A stretch of 32,000 nucleotides of DNA from positions 30,001 to 62,000 of the forward strand of contig BAAFSQ010000001.1 in the NCBI GenBank assembly GCA_054661495.1, read 5' to 3'. Shown one piece after another: positions 11,814 to 21,848 of the stretch. Position numbers and translations under genes: made by a program. Every line of letters begins with the position of its first letter. The first letter of the stretch is position 1. This DNA comes from Zygophlyctis sp. KS116. Taxonomy: Eukaryota; Fungi; Chytridiomycota. The notes below the pieces were generated by a model. That model was not told where the DNA came from and did not search any database. It saw only the letters and a list, made by a program, of their open reading frames with translations.

Positions 11814-13116
11814 ATGATTGCGATTGTTGTACTGTTATACGCTTGTGGAGTATTAAGCAAGTATCATTCTCATCGTTGGATAGAAAAAAGTAATTTCTTA
11901 AATTTCATGATCAGATCATAATGTTGCTTTGAGTATTGATTCGAATGTCCCCGTTTTATATTTGGATTCGTATAATGTTGACATGAAATGCTTTAGGCAT
12001 TGGATCGATATACGCATTATAAATGAAATGATACCAGTGCCAGAAAATGAGAGATTATTGATTGTACTGGGAAGATATAGCGATAAATGCAAATTGAAAA
12101 CAAATCATGGGATGATTTACTCTAAACAATGGAAGATTTATAATAAGAATATTCAATTTCAAATTTCAGATCCAGATAACGCTGTTGTCGGTAACTTTAG
12201 CATAAATCTCTCTGGAACGGTTCCAATGGTAATTTATTAATGTTAAAAATCATATCAGTCTCAAAAGCCAAAAGATTCAGAACTACATCTCCCATTTCCG
12301 TTTAATTTTGATTTATCACGCAAGATTAACTTTGCAAATGATAAGCTGGTAATTGAATGTAATCCTTGTAGAATACATGGAGCTGCGAGTATAGATGTAT
12401 CTGTTCATGGGGAACTTTTTAAGCCTGATCAGAAAATTAAGACAAGGATTGGTATAATTCAAGATTCATTATTTAATCTTACAACTTATATGGGGAATGG
12501 ATTAGATGGAACTGATTCTTTGAATCTATTAAATATTCCTCTTGGTATAGTTTTGTATTTGATTTCTTATGGTAGGTGTTTTAAATATCCCAAATGTTAT
12601 TAGTATCTCAACTTCTTTTATTGTTGGTTTAAAAGCTTTTGCTAAATCAAACTGCAACATGATTATATCAGCAGGACAATTTATAAAGTCTGAAAATTAC
12701 ATTGCAGATCTTTACCATGAAGGAACCAGTGGTAATGTGGATATAGATAATAGGGGAAACCCAGTTATTCAAAGTTTACCTCCAAGAGCACACTTATTCA
12801 ATTCTACAAGTTTAACAGGATCTAAAGAAATGAATTTTGTTTTAGAATTTTATCCAACCTTACAAATGTCTTCATCAATTTTCGGAAAACCAGTTGCTGA
12901 AATTGTAAATATATCAAATTGTATAATATCTAGGCAAAAGCACAAGTCGGACATGTATTTAAAGTTGTTAGTTATGATGATTCATTATGTTTATCTGGTT
13001 CATCTATTCAAGTAAGTGGAGAAGCCACACTATCGTGGAGCATCGGGGACATAAAATCCCCAATTTCATCATTATCAGACAAATCTTTGCTGAATCAATG
13101 TATTGAACCTTTGTAA
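11814..13116 (+). CDS. Putative secreted beta-rich protein; introns 11890-11914, 12229-12258, 12545-12575, 12905-12933
   Basis: Hydrophobic N-terminus MIAIVVLLYACGVLS. Four short introns give one continuous ORF. Segments IECNPCRIHG and LLNIPLGVLNIPNVISI loosely recall fungal DUF7029/DUF7223-type proteins (unverified). Confidence 0.7.
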
Positions 13117-13153
13117 AATAGTAGCTAGTGTAAACGAGTAAAATATAGTTTAA

Positions 13154-14300
13154 ATGGATTTTATGCCCAAACTCCCTCTTAAGCCCGCTGGAGCAGTAGA
13201 TCCAGTCCTCCCTCCTCCGTTTACCAATCAACGATTCAACTATAATGGGGAATCGATATTGCCAAGTACCAGGATTGCTGATACTACTACATGTAAGCAG
13301 CTATTTACTAATGTAAAGTACAACAATGGCTTAGATCAAAGGCTTATAGTAGATTATTAGAGTTTGTCCAACGATTGAATTACAATGCAATTGATAAGAA
13401 GTTGGGATCCACAGTCTGCAGCGAATCTGTTGCAAAATCATTACAAGTGATCAGCACTCTCTCTGAGTTGATTCATGATTTCCCCCCGTTGGAATCTAAT
13501 CAGAGATTTGGGAATTTAGCATTTAGAGAGTGGAACTTGAGGCTGCAAGAGCAGGCTCTCCCATTAACACGATCGTTATTGTCTGATAGTCCATACTCTG
13601 AAGAAATTTCAGTATATTTAGCAGGGGCATTTGGAAATGGACAGCGAATTGATTATGGGAGTGGTCATGAATTATCTTTTGTAGCATGGCTTTGTTGTTT
13701 GGACTCGATTGGTTTCTATGATGGTGGAATTTAAGTAACTAATTATTAGAAAATGATGCTGCAAGTCTAGTTTTAGATGTGTTTAGCTCTTATTTGAAGC
13801 TTGTTAGAAAGTTGCAAATTACGTATAATCTGGAGCCAGCAGGATCTCATGGTAATATTACCTTAGACTGATTCATAGGAGTTTGGGGATTGGATGATTT
13901 TCAATTTCTCTCGTATTATTGGGGTAAGTGATCATCGCTCATCTTTATAGGAAGTGCACAGCTTGTGAATCATAAGAATATTCTACCAAAGTCAATCATG
14001 CAAAAAGATATAGTAGAGTATTACGCAAAGGATTATATTTATCTAGCTTGTATTAAATTTATTATAGATGTGAAGAAAGGTCCGTTTTACGAGCATTCGC
14101 CAATGGTAAGAAATTATGCTGATAAAAAAACATAGCTATATGACATTTCTGGGGTACAAGAATGGAAAAAAGTAAATTCAGGGCTTCTAAAAATGTATGT
14201 GGTAGAAGTTTTGAGCAAATATCCAATAATGCAGCATTTTCCTTTTGGAGCAATTTTATCATTCGAGGAAGAAGACATTGTTCGTGATTTATCTAAATAA
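13154..14300 (+). CDS. PTPA: Serine/threonine phosphatase 2A activator (PTPA; Rrd1/Rrd2 family); introns 13293-13318, 13724-13749, 13852-13878, 13924-13950, 14106-14135
   Basis: [61 protein letters not shown] and [12 protein letters not shown] after splicing. Confidence 0.95.
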
Positions 14301-17268
14301 GCTTGCTAAATCGGCTATTCTTTGTTTCTGTAATGATTCTTTATTTGAGTGCTTGTCCTCCTTGAATGTCAGATTTGCGAGTCTCATTTTTTCTTGTTGT
14401 AAAGCTACAATATTCTCCTCTATAGTTCCCTTGGCAATAAATCGGATTGTCTGGACTGTTTTTGTTTGACCAAGACGATGAACTCGATCAATAGCCTGTT
14501 GTTCAACGGCTGGATTCCTAACAATTAAATATTTTAGAATAAATACCAATAAGGTTCCATCAAATATATCCTCGAAGCTGATGTTAAATTAAGACCTTGT
14601 CCACCAGCTTTCAATGATACCAACATCACTAGAATTTTGGGATCTGTCCGCAATCGCTCCATCGCAGCGACACGTTCAGATCGACGCATTTTTCCATCTA
14701 ATCTTACAAATGCGATTCCGGCATCTTGTAACGGTTTCTCAATTAAATCAAGCATTTTAGTCCATTGGCTGAATATGATTGATTTGATAGGCGTGTCTGA
14801 ATTTGCATGTACATGTCGCAAGTTTTCTAATAAAGCAGTTGTTTTAGTACTGAATCCAGAAGCCATGTGAACTTCTGAAAACAAATCATCTATAGCTTCA
14901 TACTGCTGTTAAAACGTTTTAAATATTACCTCGTCATTTCCTTCAGCCACAGAAATCAGATCATCTGCAGAGATATAAGAAGAACATTGAGAGCAAATCG
15001 AATCACCATCTTCTTTAATAGAAAGTCCACATTTAGAGCAATATAAATGCCCACATCTGGAGATGATCGGAGACTCTGCAAAACAGTTGCAGTTTGAGCA
15101 CAACTCATCACCTGCATCTTTTAAAAGACCATATAAATATAATGCACGCTTCTTGGAAAATTCTGAATCATCTCGTAAAGATATTTCACGTTCTTTTCAA
15201 TTATTATGATAAAAATCTTACCAATTTCTTCAAACTTTGAATCATAGTCATTACAAAGTTGAGGATGTGCACAGATTTGACGTAGACGTAGAATCATTTC
15301 CAAAACATGAACGTAGTGTTTCATCTATGTGATAAGTACAATAAAGAAATCCATACCACTGTTCCGGATGATTGTAAGCCATTTAGTACTGTTTTAGCCC
15401 GCTGGTGCATTTTATCGTATAGAGACCGTTCTGATGGATCCAGTTCCAATACAACAGTGTCATCAAACTTTGGAGGAATATCTAGAATTGATTGACCATC
15501 AATCTTTTGATCTTTTGTTCGACGCAATGTTATAGATTTCATTAATGTTTGTAATCTTGATACACCCAAAGAAGGTTCAGAAGTACTAAATTTTATCGGT
15601 TTTGAGATATGCTGCGACCAATTAACTTTGATATCAAAAGGTTCAATCCCAATAAATTTAATCAAACTGTACAAGTCATCTAATTTGTTTTGAATAGGAG
15701 TTCCGGTAAGACACCAGCGAACTGCAGCATTGAGAGCGAATGCTGCTTTTGCTTGAACTGTATTCGAATCTTTGATGGAATGTGCTTCATCCTTTTTAAT
15801 TTATAAAAGAAAAAGTTACCAATACTACTCGATGCCAATATACACTTTGTAAAGGAGCAGTTGCACTTAATGTGCTATCAAGTTTATTTGCCTTTTTAGC
15901 TCTAGCGAATTCCAATGCTAATACATTATAAGTAGAAATGACAACATCCTATTTTGTTATTTTAAGAAAAATACATGTGAAGCTAGAAATTCTGGATCTC
16001 CATTTCTACCTGGACCATGAAAAATCAAGACTGATAATTTCTTATTCTTTACATGAGCGGAAATCTGATCTTCCCAATTAGATACTGTACTTAAAGGACA
16101 GATTATAAGAGTCGATCTTGAAGGTGTAATATTAGAAGGGGTATCATTATCATCTGGAATATCTTTTACAAACCCAAAAGGATCAGGCTTTGATTTTCCT
16201 TTTGAATTTATAGATATTTCTGGTGCATTCACAGGTTCATTTGGCCTATTTGCCAAAATCAAAGAAATAACTTCCAAAGTTTTCCCCAAACCTATATCAT
16301 CTGCAAGAATACCACCTAAAGATTGCCTTGGACAAGCATCCCTTTCTTCATTTGTAATAATATTCCTATATTTTCCAGATTTTTCAATCCATAAACTCTT
16401 TTTTTGATCATTAAAATCCACTTGTTGTTCTTTTTGAAACATGAAAAACAATGCTTGACGTTGATGTTTATATAGCGGAGTTATTAAATCCGGACTTGGT
16501 TCCATTTCCTTTAAATCCTCTGCAGGCGTTAAATTATCATAAACTGCTTGAATTTGAGATTTTGCTTCTTGTTCTGAATATAAATTTCTCTTGTATGTAT
16601 CAGTTGCAGTAACAGAATAATTATTCCCTTGTATAGATCTATTATATGAAGCTGAAAATTTCAAATTTGAAGCAGATACATTATACACTTGCTGTGGATT
16701 CTTATAAGGATATAGAGTAACTTCTATTGGCCTTCTAAATAGAATATTAACAGCTAGAAAATGTTTTCCAACATAACCTCCTAGAATTTCCGGACCATTT
16801 ACTAAAATATGAATTATTACAGCATAAGTTTGCTAAAATTAAATTAAATTAATTTACATTAAAATGAACTTTTGGAAGAAATGCATGAAATTCAATTCCC
16901 AATCCCATTAAAGGGGCCAACAATGAAGACATTGAAAATTCCAAATCTCCTAAAAGATTCTGTCTAGTGTCAAATACTTTAAATTTTGTGATTTTATCAA
17001 TGTACGGCGCTAGTATCACTGGAATTTCCTTGGCGCCTGATTCAAATTCCTTATTTATAGTATCCGTCTGACCATTTCTTATAATCGACTCAACCATTCC
17101 AAAACAAACCATGTCTTTATTATCTGGTTCAACAATCACCACATCGTCTTCTTCGGACGATCGGTAATATGATGATTCAGAGTCTTGGTCGGTATCTAAA
17201 TCTATAACATCAATCTTTCGCTTGTTTGAGTCTTGCGTTAGATCAACAAATTGCACAGATTTCGACAT
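14289..17268 (-). CDS. Rad5/HLTF-like SNF2 helicase with HIRAN-like and RING domains; introns 16833-16857, 15949-15974, 15792-15819, 15325-15356, 15193-15221, 14906-14929, 14518-14546
   Basis: [16 protein letters not shown]|[26 protein letters not shown]3HC4 [27 protein letters not shown]|[17 protein letters not shown]. Confidence 0.93.
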
Positions 17269-17291
17269 ATTGAACCTCTGCCCTATAAAAA

Positions 17292-18383
17292 ATGTCAATT
17301 GTAAGGCTCAAAAGGATTGTTGATGAAGGAGATCATGGAATATCTTTATTGGATTTTATGAAGTCACAGTTTGGACTAAATTCTAAAGTTTCTTGTGCAT
17401 TAGTACAATCTGGAAAAGTGTCTGTAATGGGATCATTTGCTGCTACAGGATTAATGTCAAGGCCTTTATTTAAATTATCTTGTGGAGATATTGTTGCATG
17501 TGAATTGGAAAAAAATACTATAAAGTCAAACATTGTTCCAAAATTAAAAATATTATACAAGGATAATCACTTATTGGCTTTAAGAAAGGTATCAGGGGTA
17601 GTAGTACATGGTGGATCAAAGATGTCACAATCTATAGAAAGTTGCATTCATGGTAAATAGTAAAATCTAAAATATTTTTAGAATATCAATTTGAAAAGGA
17701 TGAGCCGCCTAGGTTAGTCCATCGGTTAGATAAAGATACTTCAGGTGTTTTATTACTGGCAAGGACAAAGGAAATGGCTCAGATTTTTGCAAAATATTTT
17801 AGTGAGCCTGAAAAGTATATCAAGAAAATTTATGTGGGAATGTTATTACCAGATTCAAATGATGAAACTGTTTTAGAAAAAGATTGTGGGGTAGTTAAGA
17901 GGATAGAAACAGGGATTTTTAATATGAATTTACATGGAAAGGAAAAGCAACGGTTAACAATGTATGATTCTAAAGATCCATTTACTAATACGGGAGAAAA
18001 GGTAGAAAAGGCTATTACAGACTATGTTTATGTTGGATCAAGTAAAAAAATGGTAAATCCTTATGATAATAATTAAAAAGGGTACAATTGCTTTATTTTC
18101 TCCTGTTACTGGTAGAAAACATCAGATTAGAGTTCATGCTGCACAATCGCTAGGTAGGGCTATTGTTGGAGACTACAAGTATGGTCCTGGTATAAGGGAG
18201 AAAATTAAGAAAAGTCTTCCTGCAAGGTTTCCAATGATGTTGCATTTGAAATCTATAATTTTGAAAGATTATTTTGGGAAAGAATTGACTATTAATGCTC
18301 CTTATACCACGGAATTTCAGAAATGTGTGAATGCAACTGGAATGGAAAAATTCGTAAATATTGATTGGCCTAAAATTGAATAA
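17292..18383 (+). CDS. RluA/RPUSD-family RNA pseudouridine synthase with S4-like N-terminus; introns 17653-17681, 18053-18080
   Basis: ILYKDNHLLALRKVSGVVVHGG, catalytic VHRLDKDTSGVLLLA, TGRKHQIRVH, IVGDYKYG, MMLH. Confidence 0.93.
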
Positions 18384-18457
18384 TTACTCAAGTATAGTCG
18401 ATCTTGATTTTCAGACATGCTAATATTTATAAGAAATTTCTTCAAGTGACCTTATGC

Positions 18458-18606
18458 ATTATCGTTCACAATAAAATCTAATACTTCTAAAATTGAACTA
18501 TTAAAGTAGTAAATTCCTCAAAAATGCAATAAATATCGTAATCAAAATCATTTTTAGTTAACCTTCTGCTTCTTGTTTGGAAGAGTACGAGCAGGCGCTA
18601 TGCGAA
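18458..18606. repeat. 149-bp direct repeat, copy 1 (last 53 nt of the Crinkler CDS plus 96 nt of 3' flank)
   Basis: Identical to 21140-21288 except for one substitution (gaactaTtaaag vs gaactaGtaaag). Confidence 0.97.
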
Positions 18607-21014
18607 TGAATAGCACCAATCCATCAACCATTGATAAATTATCCATTGGTATTCCTGGAATAGGAGCGAGTTCTTTCGTATCGTAATCAAAGCAAAGAAT
18701 CAGCTTATTTTGAATATGCGGTTTACCTTTAGCAAAAGACTCAAAACTTTTGACTCGTTCTGTTTGAGTATAATACTTTCGCTGCATGTATCTCACAAAC
18801 ACAAAGTGAATAGCAGATTTAAGAGGAACACGATCCAAAAGATATTCAAGTTCGGCGAGGGGAATTTCCGTTTTCCAGTTCTTACATTCGCCAGACAGAA
18901 ATCGATTTTCTCCTTTTACAGGAAAGCAGTCGGTGCGGAAATCCACCCTTTCGTGACGCAATGAACGCCAAAGGTTGCCAAAGTTGTACTTGAACTTTAA
19001 AAGTGACTCTGGCCATTTAAAGGATGGCGAAGATAAGAATGGAATAGTGATTTTACTGAATCCCTTGAAAAGATCATCTAGGCATAGCACATTGTCTGAA
19101 GGGGATTCTAAACACTCCAATTCATAGAGTAAATTAGAGAAAAACGCTCCAAAATCAATACCTTCTAAGCCTTCATAATGACTGCATAAAGATACTGCAG
19201 CTGCTGCCGAAGCTTCCAATTCAGCGCCCGGATCTTGGCAAACGGTAAACGGGAAATCAAGCATGCCCCGCCTATATCTTGCCAGCCTCTGGTATTGAAT
19301 CAAACATTTTCTGAAGGGCACTCTCTGGATAGTATTCCTTTTAGAAATAGGGTAATATCCCTTGTTGCCCAAAAGACATAATAACAAAAGAATGTCCTCC
19401 TCTGGGTTGGGAAACACAAGAGAGGGAAACCAATCGTCTTCGTCTTCTGCTCCTTTCTTGTAGAGATCTCCAGATTTAATTTGCAAATCAAAAGCTTCAT
19501 TTTCCAATGGATTGAAAAAAAGAAAAGAGCTGACATTTCCCATCATGAAAAGGCACATTTGAGAATGTATGAAATCCTCGTCATATTTCATTTTTAATTC
19601 ATGAATTCTAGTGCCTACAATGCCCAACACCTGAGAAATATCCAAATTAGAATTTTCCAGCACTATATTTTCAAATATTGTAGATAAAAGAGGTCTACTG
19701 TTCTTAAAAAGATAATTTTTAAATTCAGAAAAAGCAACTCCACTTAGTGTTATAGATTTTGGATATCTGGGCGAAATATAACACCAGTCAGTCGGACCAT
19801 CCGAAACTCTTTCATTAAATTTTGTATGGTTAAAATAGGTTTGAATACTAATACTAGAGCTGAAAATAGCAACTAAACGTAGCTCCCGGAATAAATCTCG
19901 CATCCGGATCAAATATCCTACTCGATGACACTCTATCGAGGGAATTTCATCCAGAAATACAACAATGGTTTGAGAATTGTTCCCATTTATCCCCATATAA
20001 GAATCAATCATCTGCGCACCTTGAGCAACAGTAATTGGTTTAAAGAACGTTTTCCCAGTAATAAGCGAGACAATAAATCCGCAAGATTTAAGAGACTTAC
20101 TATAGAAATCGGAACTTCCACCATTCTTTTCATAATCCAATCTAATACATTCAAGAAACTGCTCAGACACATTCTTGTATCTCTTGTAAATCGCTTGTCC
20201 TACATTATTCTGACTACTTGAACATACAAGATAATGTACTTTGAGTTCCTTTCTGCACATCAATGTAAACGCCATTTGAGTTTTCCCCATTCCCGAAGAC
20301 CCATCAAGAAATATAAAAGGCATCGCTATTCTTGTATCTCTATTTCTCCTCAGCTCTTTCCCATAATTATCCAAAGAAATTATTTTATCAACAAGTTTTC
20401 GGACAATCTCTGCCTCGGTTAACCGAGACCCAATTTCCATGTATAAATCATAACTAGCATCAATTTCAGGATCAGAAACTAGAGTTACTATACATATTTA
20501 AGAAATAAAGAATCATACCATTCATATTATTCTTGATACTCGAGACTTCAAAAGTAACAATCAGCGGATCTTCTATCGTTTCTCCTATATTTGCCATCAA
20601 ATAATCGACTGCGAGAGGCTCAGATTTATCAATTGTATCATTTCTCTTGTCGAATGCATCCTTGTTCTTGAAGACTTTGAGATCTTGCGCATCAACATTT
20701 TTGAGAGCATTTGAATCCTCTACTTTAACTGCGTCTTTAAATTCTGCAAGATCGGCAGCCAGGGAAAGATTTACAGTAGTAGCAGACTTCCCTCTGTATG
20801 GTCGACCAGTCTCAGAGTCATAGAGATGAAACCAAATGCAATCGTTTGTGTTTTGCATGGTGGGCTGTGGTTCCTGACCGTGAAATTTCATTTTCTTCAT
20901 TTTAAACCCATGATTTAGCCTAGTAGAAGAAAAGCAATAAAATCTTTGCGAACAATGCCCTACAGCTATGATTCTTGCTAAAGTGTCTCCTAGTCTGTGA
21001 TTTCTTAAAATCAT
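18554..21014 (-). CDS. Crinkler (CRN/CR)-type protein: ubiquitin-like header, P-loop NTPase and putative restriction-endonuclease-fold domain; one intron (20518 to 20488 or 20479)
   Basis: Header IWFHLYDSETGRPYRG..LAEFKDAVK..VDAQDLKVFKNKDAFDKR..EPL..PLIVT, typical of chytrid/oomycete CRN-like proteins. Walker A GSSGMGKT, Walker B IVVFLDE, PD-(D/E)xK-like RVDF..GECKNW. Start codon uncertain (21014 or a downstream Met). Confidence 0.85.
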
Positions 21015-21139
21015 TCCAGTTAAGAAAGCATGCTGAGGCTTGGGTGCGCCACTGCAGAAACAGAAATCGGACAAGAGATTTTTAATTCCACTTGCCTGTT
21101 GATTTTTTTCAAAAGATTTTGTTGAATGGAATAAAGCTA

Positions 21140-21288
21140 ATTATCGTTCACAATAAAATCTAATACTTCTAAAATTGAACTAGTAAAGTAGTAAATTCCT
21201 CAAAAATGCAATAAATATCGTAATCAAAATCATTTTTAGTTAACCTTCTGCTTCTTGTTTGGAAGAGTACGAGCAGGCGCTATGCGAA
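21140..21288. repeat. 149-bp direct repeat, copy 2 (orphan 3' end of the Crinkler gene, located upstream of it)
   Basis: 148/149 identical to 18458-18606; offset 2682 bp. Confidence 0.97.
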
Positions 21289-21394
21289 AATGACAACATT
21301 TTGAAAGTAGACAGGTTTAATCGATACGTGACGAGAAAAACAGTTCTTTCTACACAAAATTGAGTGCAGATAGCTGCCATTAATAACGATAAAG

Positions 21395-21710
21395 TTATAA
21401 ATGCTTTTTGATGAGGCCTATTTTTAATTTCCCGACAAACATTGCCAACTCTTTCAAAGAGCCATATAATGCAACCGATGCTTCTTTTCCAATAAGAATC
21501 ATATTATCCGGCATATTCTTCATACAATCTCACCTTAGATTGTTAAGGTCTCAGAAAGCAATGATATTGGTACATATCACACTGATAATAAGAGCATCAT
21601 CTTTTGAATTTCCAAGACCATCGACAAGAGAATCGGTTTCCAATGGATGTTCCTATTATGTGTAAATAAATTACATTTTCTTCTTTTGAAGTACCCTCTC
21701 ATCAAATGAC
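21395..21710 (-). pseudogene. Degenerate Crinkler-like relic: header fragment followed by a short tail ORF
   Basis: SFDER (frameshift) TSKEEN | 22-nt GT-AG (21653-21674) | EHPLETDSLVDGLGNSKDDALIISV matches the end of a CRN header. After ~55 nt comes MKNMPDNMILIGKEASVALYGSLKELAMFVGK..stop (21523-21395). No intact start. Confidence 0.6.
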
Positions 21711-21724
21711 TAGACACGGACGAC

Positions 21725-21816
21725 TTGAGCATAAGTTTGAGCATAAGTGGTAGGAAGGCTGGTGGGTTGATTGGCTGGTGGGTTGATTGGTTGGTAGGCT
21801 GATGGGTTGATGGGTT
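21725..21816 (+). repeat. 12-bp tandem duplication (ttgagcataagt x2) followed by a degenerate G-rich tetranucleotide array (GGNN/GATN, ~17 units)
   Basis: ggta ggaa ggct ggtg ggtt gatt ggct ggtg ggtt gatt ggtt ggta ggct gatg ggtt gatg ggtt, from 21749 to 21816. Confidence 0.85.
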
Positions 21817-21848
21817 TATATAGGTTACATTCTCAAAAAAAGCCACAA

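Noticed and set aside
13735-13749. A 15-nt intron (GTAACT..TAG) in PTPA
   Set aside because: An in-frame TAA precedes this donor and the resulting frame is wrong; the 26-nt intron from 13724 gives the conserved sequence.
18458-21288. Classical LTR retrotransposon, Helitron or TIR transposon
   Set aside because: No gag/RT/integrase, Rep-helicase or DDE transposase; no TG..CA ends, primer-binding site, terminal inverted repeat or clear target-site duplication. The repeat is part of the CRN gene itself.
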